From the IMG/VR virus record IMGVR_UViG_3300044984_001420, positions 1-52,860 of that record: a stretch of 52,860 bases of DNA, one strand, 5' to 3'. Made by a program: the position numbers and the translations under genes. Below, piece after piece: positions 7,210 to 16,386 of the stretch. The notes beneath the pieces were generated by a model. It was not told the origin of the DNA, searched no databases, and saw only the letters and a program-made list of their open reading frames with translations. Origin of the DNA: a virus (lineage: Duplodnaviria; Caudoviricetes). The stretch's first letter is position 1. Each line of letters begins with the position of its first letter.

Positions 7210-8688
7210 ATGGCCCGCGTAGATATGCAAGAACTTGGCACCACTGGACTAAAACGAACCAGTGGGTTTGTTTACGATGAATTCCTTACACGGCTCCAAG
7301 GCATCCAAGGCATCAAAACATATCGGGAGATGTCCGACAACGATCCTGTTATTGGGGCGATTCTTTACGCCATCGAGAAAGTGATCACACGTCTGGAATG
7401 GCGAGTCGACCCCTACACGGATAAAACTTCAGATGGCGACAGTGAAACACTCGACATCGAAAACGCACAATTTATTGAATCATGCCTAAACGATATGAGT
7501 GACACATGGGATTCGACACTCTCACAAATCCTGTCCATGTGCATTTACGGTTTCTCGTTCCATGAAATTGTTTACAAGCAAAGAGTTTCACCTGATAATA
7601 AGGATGCTTCGAAGAGATCCAAGTTCACTGATGGTAAAATTGGTTGGCGTAAATGGTCCATCCGTGGACAGGAAACACTTTACCTTTGGACCTTTGATGA
7701 CAAAGGTGGCATCCAAGGGATGCAACAAGTTGACCCCTACACAGGTCATGGCCGCATCGATATCCCTATCGAGAAGGCTTTATTGTTCCGCACCACTGCC
7801 GCGAAAAACAACCCAGAGGGGCGTAGCCTGTTAAGGAACGCCTACAGGCCGTGGTGGTTCAAACGTCGTATCGAAGAAATTGAGGCAATCGGTATTGAGC
7901 GGGATCTTGCCGGATTACCCATCGCCTATGTGCCACCGGAATATTTATCAAGCACAGCAAGCAATGACCAACAGGTCGTGTTGGCTGCCATCAAACAAAT
8001 CGTCACTTCGATTAAACGCAACGAAAACGAAGGTATCGTTTTCCCACAAGTCTTTGATGATTCAGGGAAACCACTGTTCGACTTGAAACTTATGAGTAGC
8101 GGTGGATCACGCCAATTCGATACCGATAAAGTGATCACGCGCCTAGATCAACGTATCGCCATGTCAGTGCTATCCGACTTTATTCTCCTTGGAAATGACC
8201 GCGTAGGATCTTTCTCTCTCGGTGCAACCAAAATGGATCTGTGGTCAATGTCAGTTGATTCGATAGCAAAAACTATTGCCGACACAGTCAACCAATACGC
8301 TATTCCACGTTTGATGCGTTTGAATGGCATGACTGTAGATCGGGCACCTACGCTGCAGTACAGCGAAGTGGCACACATTGATCTTGGCGAAATCGCTGAC
8401 TTTGTTTCGAAGATGACAACCGCTGGAGTGTTGGCACCGGATCCTGCTTTGGAAGATCACTTGCGTGAACTAGCCGGATTACCTCCAGCGAATCACAACA
8501 TTGAAGACACGGGCACAGATGTTATGTCTGCTGAGGATGCGAAAACTTTACTGGGACTACCACCACAGCAACGCCTTGTTGCTGAAAGAACAGGTATTGT
8601 TCCTGATGGTCCTGCAGCCGCTTCGGAGGAAACACCATTTGGTGGCGACGCTCCCGAGCAATCTGGTGCTGACGAACCAGAGGAGTAA
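7210..8688 (+). CDS. portal protein (Mu gp29/DUF935-like)
   Basis: YGFSFHEIVY, NPEGRSLLR..Y..W.FK, IERDLAG.P, GSFSLG; directly upstream of MuF; ATG 7210 follows GGGAG. Confidence 0.92.
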   Translation: MARVDMQELGTTGLKRTSGFVYDEFLTRLQGIQGIKTYREMSDNDPVIGAILYAIEKVITRLEWRVDPYTDKTSDGDSETLDIENAQFIESCLNDMSDTWDSTLSQILSMCIYGFSFHEIVYKQRVSPDNKDASKRSKFTDGKIGWRKWSIRGQETLYLWTFDDKGGIQGMQQVDPYTGHGRIDIPIEKALLFRTTAAKNNPEGRSLLRNAYRPWWFKRRIEEIEAIGIERDLAGLPIAYVPPEYLSSTASNDQQVVLAAIKQIVTSIKRNENEGIVFPQVFDDSGKPLFDLKLMSSGGSRQFDTDKVITRLDQRIAMSVLSDFILLGNDRVGSFSLGATKMDLWSMSVDSIAKTIADTVNQYAIPRLMRLNGMTVDRAPTLQYSEVAHIDLGEIADFVSKMTTAGVLAPDPALEDHLRELAGLPPANHNIEDTGTDVMSAEDAKTLLGLPPQQRLVAERTGIVPDGPAAASEETPFGGDAPEQSGADEPEE

Positions 8689-8690
8689 AC

Positions 8691-9800
8691 GTGGCTTTGA
8701 CATTTGGTGGTCGTCGCCGGAAACGTCCCGGCGGTGGTCCTCCTTCTACTCCTTTAACTCCGCTGGAGCAGCGTCTCACCGACCGACTTGTCGCGGTGTT
8801 AAATTTGTTGTCACAGAGTCTTAAAGTCAGTGAGTACGAAACTGCTATCAACGAGTTGTCACCCGAATTGTTGGAACAACTTTTGGCTGAAAATAATATT
8901 GATCAAATTAGTTCTTTGATTGAAGAAACACTTTCGGGCATTGTGATGTCTGGAGCCTTGAACGAGGCTAAAAACATTATCAGAACATCCCCGAGGATCG
9001 GCCAGAATCCATTCAATGCCCTCGAATATGGTGGGCAGGTACTCCCTAGTGGAATCATTTTACCGAGGCCGCTAATCTCGTTACCGCCTGATGTTGAGTT
9101 TCTTATCGAAAACCCTGTCGAAAGAATGTTTAAGTTCGTTAACCAAAAGGCAGCGGATTACGCCCGTTTACGCTCAGCACAACTGGTGACCTCCATCTCC
9201 GAATCGAACAGGCTTGCGATACGTCAAGTAATCTCGACGGCTTTCACTGGCACTCGCACAGTTGATCAAACTGCTAGGTCTTTACGCGACATTGTTGGGT
9301 TGCATCCTCGTTGGGCTCGCGCAGTGGAAACATTTAAGGAAACAAACACGACTCGGCTTATCCGGGACGGAATGAGTACAGAGAGCGCTGCTCTCAAGGC
9401 TGAAGAGATGACTCAGAAATATCGGAAGAAACTTATTCGTCGCCGTGCTGAAATGATTGCTCGCACAGAGATACAACAGGCACAGAATTTTGGCAGGGAA
9501 GCATCGTGGCAGGCTAGTGATCGCGCTGGTCTCATTGATCCAAGGGCTGAGAAAGAATGGCGCACAGCACCTCGGGGGAGCCGTTACGGGCCACCTTGTG
9601 ACTTATGCACGGAGTTAAGTGGGAAGCGTGTTCCTTGGAACGGTTCATTCTCGAACGGTTACTCAATGCCACCCGCGCATCCTAATTGTCGTTGCACTGC
9701 GGTTCTTGTTCCTCCGACTCGTGGGCTTACTGGTTTACCATCTCAAGATATGGGTTCGTGGATAGATAAGTTGGATCAACTTGAAGCGGAAGAGGTTTAG
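8691..9800 (+). CDS. MuF/SPP1 gp7-like head morphogenesis protein
   Basis: RAEMIARTE, K.W.T, C..C and PPAHPNCRC; no C-terminal toxin extension. Confidence 0.92.
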   Translation: MALTFGGRRRKRPGGGPPSTPLTPLEQRLTDRLVAVLNLLSQSLKVSEYETAINELSPELLEQLLAENNIDQISSLIEETLSGIVMSGALNEAKNIIRTSPRIGQNPFNALEYGGQVLPSGIILPRPLISLPPDVEFLIENPVERMFKFVNQKAADYARLRSAQLVTSISESNRLAIRQVISTAFTGTRTVDQTARSLRDIVGLHPRWARAVETFKETNTTRLIRDGMSTESAALKAEEMTQKYRKKLIRRRAEMIARTEIQQAQNFGREASWQASDRAGLIDPRAEKEWRTAPRGSRYGPPCDLCTELSGKRVPWNGSFSNGYSMPPAHPNCRCTAVLVPPTRGLTGLPSQDMGSWIDKLDQLEAEEV

Positions 9801-9802
9801 TT

Positions 9803-11572
9803 ATGGTTGAGATTCTTTTTGCTCCGGGGCTACGACCCGTTCTAAAGCATGGAAGTCATAACCAGCAAAACCATGCAGCAAAAACAGGTAGTGAAGACAC
9901 AGGTTCAGGTTCTCCAAAATTAACAATTATGGGTAAGAACGATGGCACGAATAAGTTTTTTAATGAAGATACTCGTGTAGTTCGCCATCAGCCAGATGGA
10001 AAAGAACCTACGGATTATGTTTTATATGCTCAAAAAAATTTTGTAGTCGCAATAGTTAAACCTAAAGACGGAACGACAATCAACGGATATAGCGAAGGCG
10101 GAACAAATAAAGGCGAAATTGGGCATTTAGATATTACTGGCGCTGGAAGTAATCCTTGGCGTAGTTCTGCTAAAAACGATAACAAAGCAACAATTACTGA
10201 AGTTGCTGTAGGTAAAGCGCACCAACGCCGAGGCTTGGCTTCAGCAATGCTTCGTTTCCATAGAGATAAATTTCCTGAGTTAGATGTGCAACATTCTGAT
10301 GCTCAATTACCAGACGGAAAAGCGTGGGCTGAAGTTGCCAAGCATGGAAGTCATGATCAAAAAACTCATGCAGGAAGAATCGGAGTTCACACCGGGCGGC
10401 GTACTGATTCTAAAAATCAACAGAAACTTGATCGAAACCTCATTTATGACGCCACAACAATGTCTGCTCTTCCGGCCCCGTTACGGAAAAAGATTGAAGG
10501 CTCCCTTGAGGTTTTGGGTGTCACGCAAAAACAGATGGAAGACAATGTGCAAGCGGTGCTTGATAGAGCGAAGGCCGCTAATGATCCACCTGAGGGTAGA
10601 GATTGGTACGAACAAGCCAATAATGCAGCGCAGTCAATATCGGATAAGTATGGTTTAAGCAGGACTGAGACGGCGGGCATGATTGCAGCGATGAGTCCGC
10701 AGCAACCGTGGGGTGACAATGTTACGGCAGCGGAATATGTGGCAAAATCGTTGTCCGAAAAGCACGCTGTGCAGGTTGACGATTTGATGGGTCAGTCATT
10801 GACAAAAGGGGTTGGGCAGCCTGCTAAGCCTGTCACGAAAACAATGTATGAGTGGGCGCAGGCCGAAACTGATGGAGTTACAGGCACCCGCAAAATGGAC
10901 GGGCAAACGCACAAGATGCCGGATCCCGATGAACTGCGTGGGAAAACTGTTGACCAGTTAGACCCTTATGTAGCGGCAGCGATTATCAAAGCACACGCTC
11001 AGATGGGTTATCGGGTCGCTGGGGTTGGAGATAATGTTGATGGTCAGCAATTAAAAACTATTGACGATCTTACGGGTCTCCCGGCTCCCGTGAAATTTAC
11101 TTGCGGGGTTCACCACATGGGCCGCGCCGTCAGAGTCGCGCAAGGCGAAAGTCCAGATGAGGTTTTGAACGGCCACAAAGTTCGATCCTTCTACAACAAC
11201 ATTTCCGGCGACAAGTCCGTTGGCACTTACTCGGACGATGTCACCGTAGATTCGCATGCTTTTAGTGTGGCGATGGGCGTAAAGTATGGTTCGGGTTCCG
11301 TTGAGTACGGATATTTCGCTGGATCTAGTTGGCCTAACCCGGCGTCAACGAAAGAAAACAGGTTACCGCCGTTGCACAGTGCGGTTGGCAGCGCGACGCC
11401 CGGAGTTGCTGGATCGTATGCCGCATTCGCTGACGCCTATCGAGAGGTTGGTCGGCGTAACGGTTTGTCGGCTCGCGAGGTGCAATCGATTACTTGGGTT
11501 CAGTGGCGGAAAGATAACCCTGATCAAACAAGGGGTGGGCAGATGGCTGCAATGGAGGTAGAAAATGAGTGA
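9803..11572 (+). CDS. modular polyprotein 1: tag-GNAT acetyltransferase / tag-glycosylase-like domain
   Basis: KHGSHNQQNH and KHGSHDQKTH tags; GNAT motif A (VAVGKAHQRRGLASAML); second domain WY...IAAMSPQ..W..N...KVRSFY.NI...VTVDSHA...VQSITW. Confidence 0.75.
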   Translation: MVEILFAPGLRPVLKHGSHNQQNHAAKTGSEDTGSGSPKLTIMGKNDGTNKFFNEDTRVVRHQPDGKEPTDYVLYAQKNFVVAIVKPKDGTTINGYSEGGTNKGEIGHLDITGAGSNPWRSSAKNDNKATITEVAVGKAHQRRGLASAMLRFHRDKFPELDVQHSDAQLPDGKAWAEVAKHGSHDQKTHAGRIGVHTGRRTDSKNQQKLDRNLIYDATTMSALPAPLRKKIEGSLEVLGVTQKQMEDNVQAVLDRAKAANDPPEGRDWYEQANNAAQSISDKYGLSRTETAGMIAAMSPQQPWGDNVTAAEYVAKSLSEKHAVQVDDLMGQSLTKGVGQPAKPVTKTMYEWAQAETDGVTGTRKMDGQTHKMPDPDELRGKTVDQLDPYVAAAIIKAHAQMGYRVAGVGDNVDGQQLKTIDDLTGLPAPVKFTCGVHHMGRAVRVAQGESPDEVLNGHKVRSFYNNISGDKSVGTYSDDVTVDSHAFSVAMGVKYGSGSVEYGYFAGSSWPNPASTKENRLPPLHSAVGSATPGVAGSYAAFADAYREVGRRNGLSAREVQSITWVQWRKDNPDQTRGGQMAAMEVENE

Positions 11573-13052
11573 TGTTCGGATTTCTCCCAATACGGATCCT
11601 GATGAACTTGGGGATCTTGTTGACCCGTGGGATGCGTGGCTGAATGGTGATATTGCAACGGAAGACCTCTCCGATGATTTGCAGAAATATGCTTTAGAGT
11701 TCACAGATTCCACTTCTATGACTTCGCTTGTTTCTGAGCCTGTTGTTATTAAGTTTCAGGCTGGACTTAAACCGATTTTGAAGCATCTTCCGGGACAACA
11801 TGATCAGTCTTCTCACGGGGGCGGCGGTGGACAGTTATCACTCCGAGGTGTTGGTGGTGCTGGTGCTTCAGGTGAATTTTCTGAGTGGGGTGATCGGGCT
11901 CCTGAGTTGATTGCTGCACGAGGTATTGGTCCTAGTCGAGATGAGTTAGAAGCGGCTATTGCCCGTAAGGTTTCTCGTCAAGAAGTGCGCGAAAGTATCG
12001 AATCAACTTTTAGTTACGATATCAAAACTGAAACTGATATTAGAATGCTTAGCAATGCACCGCGTGATATGGATGAAAAACAACGCGCCATCCTAAGAGA
12101 TGAATTGTACGAACGGGCTGTTGATAGATACGTTGAACAGTACGGGTTTGAGGCGCGAAGGCGTCTAATAGATAGAAATAGTACCGATATAGATCTGTCT
12201 TCTATGGAAGATGTTTACAGTGTTACGCATGAAGGTGTGACTCGTAATGGTGTGTCCGTTAGTTTACGTTCTGAAGTTACTTCCGTTGAAAAGTATGGAT
12301 CAAATTCTTTTGATGTGCAAGGACCGATTATAGATAATAAGACTGGAAGTGGGGTTGGTCGATTTAAAAGAAGTTTTGGTGCTGATGAAAATGGAAACCT
12401 GTCAGTCTCACACGAATTCTTAGAGATAAGTGATGACTATCAAGGATCAGGTTTCGCTAAAACATTTAACAGGCAGGCTGAAAATTTCTACATCACCCGT
12501 GGTATCAACGATGTTTATGTTCACGCCGCTTTAGATGGTGGCGGTTACGCTTGGGCTTCTGCAGGATTCGATTGGGATCGCGGAAATCTAAATCAATCGG
12601 TCAATAACATTTCACGCAGGATGGATACTTACTTAACGGATAAACCTAATATTCCAAGGACGATCAGAGCCGATATTCAATCAACTCAAACAAGGTTGAA
12701 GTCACTTCCCGTGGGCAGCCCTAACTATCCGACACCTAAAGAGATCTCTGACCTTGGTCGTATTGAAGGGGTAAATAATTGGCCGGGTAAAGAAATCATG
12801 CGTGGATCTAACTGGTACGGCAAGAAAACTTTACGTCCTGAGGGTGCGCGGGTTTCTACGACTCAAGCCGCTAAGGAATCTGAGAGGGCTCAGCAGCGGG
12901 AAATTCAACAGGAGCGTAATCGTGAGGCTGCTACGAGAGCGCCCGGTGTAGGACAGTTGACGATGGATAACAATTTTCTGGATGGGGCATTACGGCAGTC
13001 TCCTGCTTACCAAACCCCATTAATTGAACCTATCCCCGGTATGGTACAATGA
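11565..13052 (+). CDS. modular polyprotein 2: acidic N-domain / tag-GNAT acetyltransferase
   Basis: KHLPGQHDQSSH tag; ISDDYQGSGFAKTF...GGYAWASAGFDW GNAT signature. Confidence 0.75.
   Translation: MSDVRISPNTDPDELGDLVDPWDAWLNGDIATEDLSDDLQKYALEFTDSTSMTSLVSEPVVIKFQAGLKPILKHLPGQHDQSSHGGGGGQLSLRGVGGAGASGEFSEWGDRAPELIAARGIGPSRDELEAAIARKVSRQEVRESIESTFSYDIKTETDIRMLSNAPRDMDEKQRAILRDELYERAVDRYVEQYGFEARRRLIDRNSTDIDLSSMEDVYSVTHEGVTRNGVSVSLRSEVTSVEKYGSNSFDVQGPIIDNKTGSGVGRFKRSFGADENGNLSVSHEFLEISDDYQGSGFAKTFNRQAENFYITRGINDVYVHAALDGGGYAWASAGFDWDRGNLNQSVNNISRRMDTYLTDKPNIPRTIRADIQSTQTRLKSLPVGSPNYPTPKEISDLGRIEGVNNWPGKEIMRGSNWYGKKTLRPEGARVSTTQAAKESERAQQREIQQERNREAATRAPGVGQLTMDNNFLDGALRQSPAYQTPLIEPIPGMVQ
13042..13050 (+). 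promoter_or_regulatory. extended -10 promoter (TGgTACAAT)
   Basis: Upstream of RBS GGGAGG and ATG 13069. Confidence 0.6.
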
Positions 13053-13068
13053 TTGTGGGAGGAAAACT

Positions 13069-13311
13069 ATGAACAGAGAACAAGAATTAGCGCGAGTTTC
13101 CGACGTCAACGAAAAATGGCTACGGACGTTTAAAGACACACCAAACTTCGATCCAGACAATCCAACACTGGAGCAATCCGATGAAGAGTACCGTTTAACA
13201 AAAGAAGAGTTTGGTCAAGTTGGTGTGGGAGAGTTCGCAGAGTCCGTAGCGAAAATGAGTGAAGAAGAATTAGCGGAATTGCGTAAATCGCCAATTTATC
13301 AAGATATATAG
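13069..13311 (+). CDS. small acidic protein, candidate partner/immunity of the upstream GNAT
   Basis: Own promoter and RBS; Glu/Asp-rich. Confidence 0.65.
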   Translation: MNREQELARVSDVNEKWLRTFKDTPNFDPDNPTLEQSDEEYRLTKEEFGQVGVGEFAESVAKMSEEELAELRKSPIYQDI

Positions 13312-13370
13312 GTCGTAGGTCTTTAATCCCCTATCCTTGACTCGTAGCACTTCGCAGAAGAGGATGGCAT

Positions 13371-16343
13371 GTGAACAAGACTGATACACGACTAGCAGGT
13401 TTGAGCGATGCTCAACTAATTGCTACACACAATGGTCTCGACGATCAGGTATCAGCCGACGCTGCAATCATTGAAGCACACCATTTAGTGGCAATCGAAA
13501 TGTTGAAAAGAAACATTCCTCACGGTCACATTGATGATGCGTGGGTCGATGCTGTAGTCCTGATTGAAAAAGTTGCAGTCGACAGCCCTGAGGATATTGC
13601 TGCACCTGCAGGAATTGAGAAGGCGTGGTCTCAAGCCTTGGTTAAGGGCGGAACTGTTTCTGTTTTGTTGACTACCAATGGTTATGTTTTGAAGGCGGAC
13701 CCAACGGTATCCGACGTGCATGTCGATGCTGTCATGGGCAGTGGGCGTCGCCGTAAACCTCAGGCCAACATTTTTGATCTGCAAAAAACGATTAAGGAAG
13801 AAGACGGGAAATTCACCGTTTACTCGGAGGACGGTGCCCGGAAGTTTGGCACTTATGCGTCTTTAGAAGAGGCTGAGGCCCGTTTGCGGCAGATAGAGCG
13901 TTTCTCTAAGGCCGAGGGTTATTCGGTCCCTAGCGGGGTTCAGGAGGCTGCTAAGCGGGCTGTTGCGTGGATTCAAGATGGCAAGGCGGGCGATGGGTTC
14001 ACTAGCGTCGGTCGTAACAGGGCCAGTCAACTGGCTTCCGGTGGCGTGATTGGTCAGGCGACTCTGGTAAAGATGCGTGCCTATTTTGCACGTCACGGTA
14101 AGCAACGCGGGAATCATGATGCTCTGGTCGATGGTGAGCCAACACCGTGGAGGGTGGCGTGGGATGCGTGGGGCGGTGACGCTGGTAGGGCGTGGGTCAA
14201 CCGTGTTCTAGGTGCCGTGGAGAAGCGTGCTACTCCTGAGCCAATCATTGACTTGCATTTGAATCTTGAGAACCGGCAGCACGCGATTGACGAGTATTTG
14301 TACGGACCGATGAATCCTGATGAACCGGGCGACTATTGGGATCGTCTTGGTGAAGTGTGGGGGGTGTCTGGCGATGAGGCTTCGACGACCCGTTGCGGGA
14401 ATTGTGCGGCTTTCAATGTGAAGTCGGAGATCAAGGATGCAATGGGCGATGCGATTAGCGAGGAGGGCGAGGAGGTAGTTGATCTTGCGGATCTCGGTTA
14501 CTGCGAGTTGTTGCAGTTCAAGTGCGCTGGCAGTCGCTCGTGTTCCGTCTGGTTGACGGGTGGGCCGATTAGTGACGATTTTGAGGGCAGCGACGACGAA
14601 ATTGAGTTGCTGGAATCAATGGATGCTGAGGATTTTGCTGAGTTTGCTGCGTATGCTTATTTGGCTGATGAGATGGAAGAAGAATTTGAGAAGCGCGGTA
14701 ATCCTGAGGCTTTGCGGGACTACTGGCGTAAAGGCGGTAAAGGTAAGATCCCGTGGGGTGCCGGTGGTGATTTCACGGCTTGTGTCGCTGCAGTGGGTAA
14801 GTACATGTCGTCGGAGCAGGCTAAGGGCTATTGCGCTATTCGTCATCGTGAGGTCACTGGTATGTGGCCGGGTGATAAGAGGAATCGCACTAAGAAGTCC
14901 CGTGAGGCGACAGCGAAGTTCACCCTTCCCGGTGGTGCCACTTACGAATATAGCCTCCCAGTGGACTTCACAGGGGATTTAGAGACCATTTTGAAGCACG
15001 GTAGCCATGATCAGAAGGCTCACGCGGGCAAGGGTGGTGCTTCGGGTGATGTTGACCCAGAAATCGCCGCTTCAATTGTTGAACGTGTGCGGGCTAACGG
15101 CGGGTTAAGTGTCAACATGGTTGATGGTTCTGAGCCGCCAAGTGGTTACATGGTTGCTCGTGTTGGAGTTAAGGCAGCAATTGTTGATGCCGATGATTTT
15201 TATGACACTGAAAAAGGACCGGCTGCATTATCGTCTTTTATGAAGGACAATAAAGCCGAATTATCCGGGGGTGACTACCTCGGGGTATGGCACGATACTG
15301 ATGGGGGTAAGGTGTACCTCGACGTATCACAAAATGTTGCAAGCCGATCCACTGCTATACGGTTTGGTGAAGAAAGAAATCAACTCAGTATTTGGGATGT
15401 AGTAGAGGGAATGGAGATACCAACTGGTGGCACAGGAGAACTTGAAAAAGCAAAAGCCTTTAGAGGCGATCAAGTTGCCGGATCTGTCGAAGATGACGGA
15501 CGAGGAGATCGACGCTTACGCGAAAGAGATTTGGTTGAACTTCAGCCAGAAATAAATAAGCACCTAAAAGGTAAGCACGATCAGAGCAGTCACTCTCGTG
15601 GTGGAGGCAGAAGTGATACCACGGTTCAAAGTGGTGGCGCTGGGGCAGTCGAGTATGGCGGCTATAAATTAAATGCGCCTGACAATCCTGCCGGTGAGAC
15701 TGCAAAGCGCGGTGCCGATTCTATTGCCGCAGCAAAAAAAGAACGGGCTAAAGTTGCTTCTATTGAGCCAGAGATTACTCGGGACATGATTGATGTGGCG
15801 AACGCTAATGGTGCAAAAATGGATGGGCTTGATCAACGTTTAAAATCTGAGAAATCATTGGCCCGGAAAATAGATGATGAAAAAGATTCCGACTTTGATG
15901 GTGATGCAACAAAGACCGCTGAAAACATGTCTGACGTTGCTCGTTACACGATGACGTACAAAGACAGTGATTATGTTTCCGGTGCGAATCGAGTGGTTGA
16001 GGATTTGCGGGAAAAAGGCTATGAGATGCGTGTTAAAAATTATTGGCAAGATGGTGACCCGTATCAGGGCATCAACATCAGCGCGGTTCATCCAAACGGC
16101 ACTAAGTTTGAGTTGCAGTTACATACGCCAACGTCTCTTGATTTTAAGGAGCCTACGCACGCAAAGTATGACAAGTATCGTGAGTCAACTAGCCCTCAAG
16201 TTCGGTACAAGGAATACACCAGCATGAGGCGTATTGCTCGACAGATTCCAAAACCACCACCTCCTGATGGATTAAGTGCCATTGGTGATGCTAAGTTCCA
16301 GCCCTTTACCCCGACGCCTGAGTCAGCCCCTGTCGCCATATGA
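13371..16343 (+). CDS. modular polyprotein 3 (990 aa) ending in a RelA/SpoT-like nucleotidyltransferase domain
   Basis: At least 7 modules separated by x-x-K|A/R/H/T sites; two KH..HDQ..H tags; C-terminal RLKSEKSLARKI, DVARYT, VKNYW, YQGIN, FELQLHT. Confidence 0.8.
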   Translation: MNKTDTRLAGLSDAQLIATHNGLDDQVSADAAIIEAHHLVAIEMLKRNIPHGHIDDAWVDAVVLIEKVAVDSPEDIAAPAGIEKAWSQALVKGGTVSVLLTTNGYVLKADPTVSDVHVDAVMGSGRRRKPQANIFDLQKTIKEEDGKFTVYSEDGARKFGTYASLEEAEARLRQIERFSKAEGYSVPSGVQEAAKRAVAWIQDGKAGDGFTSVGRNRASQLASGGVIGQATLVKMRAYFARHGKQRGNHDALVDGEPTPWRVAWDAWGGDAGRAWVNRVLGAVEKRATPEPIIDLHLNLENRQHAIDEYLYGPMNPDEPGDYWDRLGEVWGVSGDEASTTRCGNCAAFNVKSEIKDAMGDAISEEGEEVVDLADLGYCELLQFKCAGSRSCSVWLTGGPISDDFEGSDDEIELLESMDAEDFAEFAAYAYLADEMEEEFEKRGNPEALRDYWRKGGKGKIPWGAGGDFTACVAAVGKYMSSEQAKGYCAIRHREVTGMWPGDKRNRTKKSREATAKFTLPGGATYEYSLPVDFTGDLETILKHGSHDQKAHAGKGGASGDVDPEIAASIVERVRANGGLSVNMVDGSEPPSGYMVARVGVKAAIVDADDFYDTEKGPAALSSFMKDNKAELSGGDYLGVWHDTDGGKVYLDVSQNVASRSTAIRFGEERNQLSIWDVVEGMEIPTGGTGELEKAKAFRGDQVAGSVEDDGRGDRRLRERDLVELQPEINKHLKGKHDQSSHSRGGGRSDTTVQSGGAGAVEYGGYKLNAPDNPAGETAKRGADSIAAAKKERAKVASIEPEITRDMIDVANANGAKMDGLDQRLKSEKSLARKIDDEKDSDFDGDATKTAENMSDVARYTMTYKDSDYVSGANRVVEDLREKGYEMRVKNYWQDGDPYQGINISAVHPNGTKFELQLHTPTSLDFKEPTHAKYDKYRESTSPQVRYKEYTSMRRIARQIPKPPPPDGLSAIGDAKFQPFTPTPESAPVAI
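15442..15555 (+). CDS. nested +1-frame 37-aa microprotein (putative)
   Basis: TTG start after AGGAG; MKKQKPLEAIKLPDLSKMTDEEIDAYAKEIWLNFSQK; stop lies just before the next KH tag. Confidence 0.45.
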   Translation: MKKQKPLEAIKLPDLSKMTDEEIDAYAKEIWLNFSQK

Positions 16344-16356
16344 ACATAACCCGGGT

Positions 16357-16365
16357 TGGTATAAT
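16357..16365 (+). promoter_or_regulatory. extended -10 promoter (TGgTATAAT)
   Basis: Perfect consensus upstream of RBS AGAAAGGA and ATG 16387. Confidence 0.7.
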
Positions 16366-16386
16366 GTCTTTAGAAAGGAATTGACG

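Noticed and set aside
8691-9800. MuF with a fused C-terminal toxin
   Set aside because: The protein ends ~35 aa after HPNCRC; the effector-like domains are in separate downstream genes.
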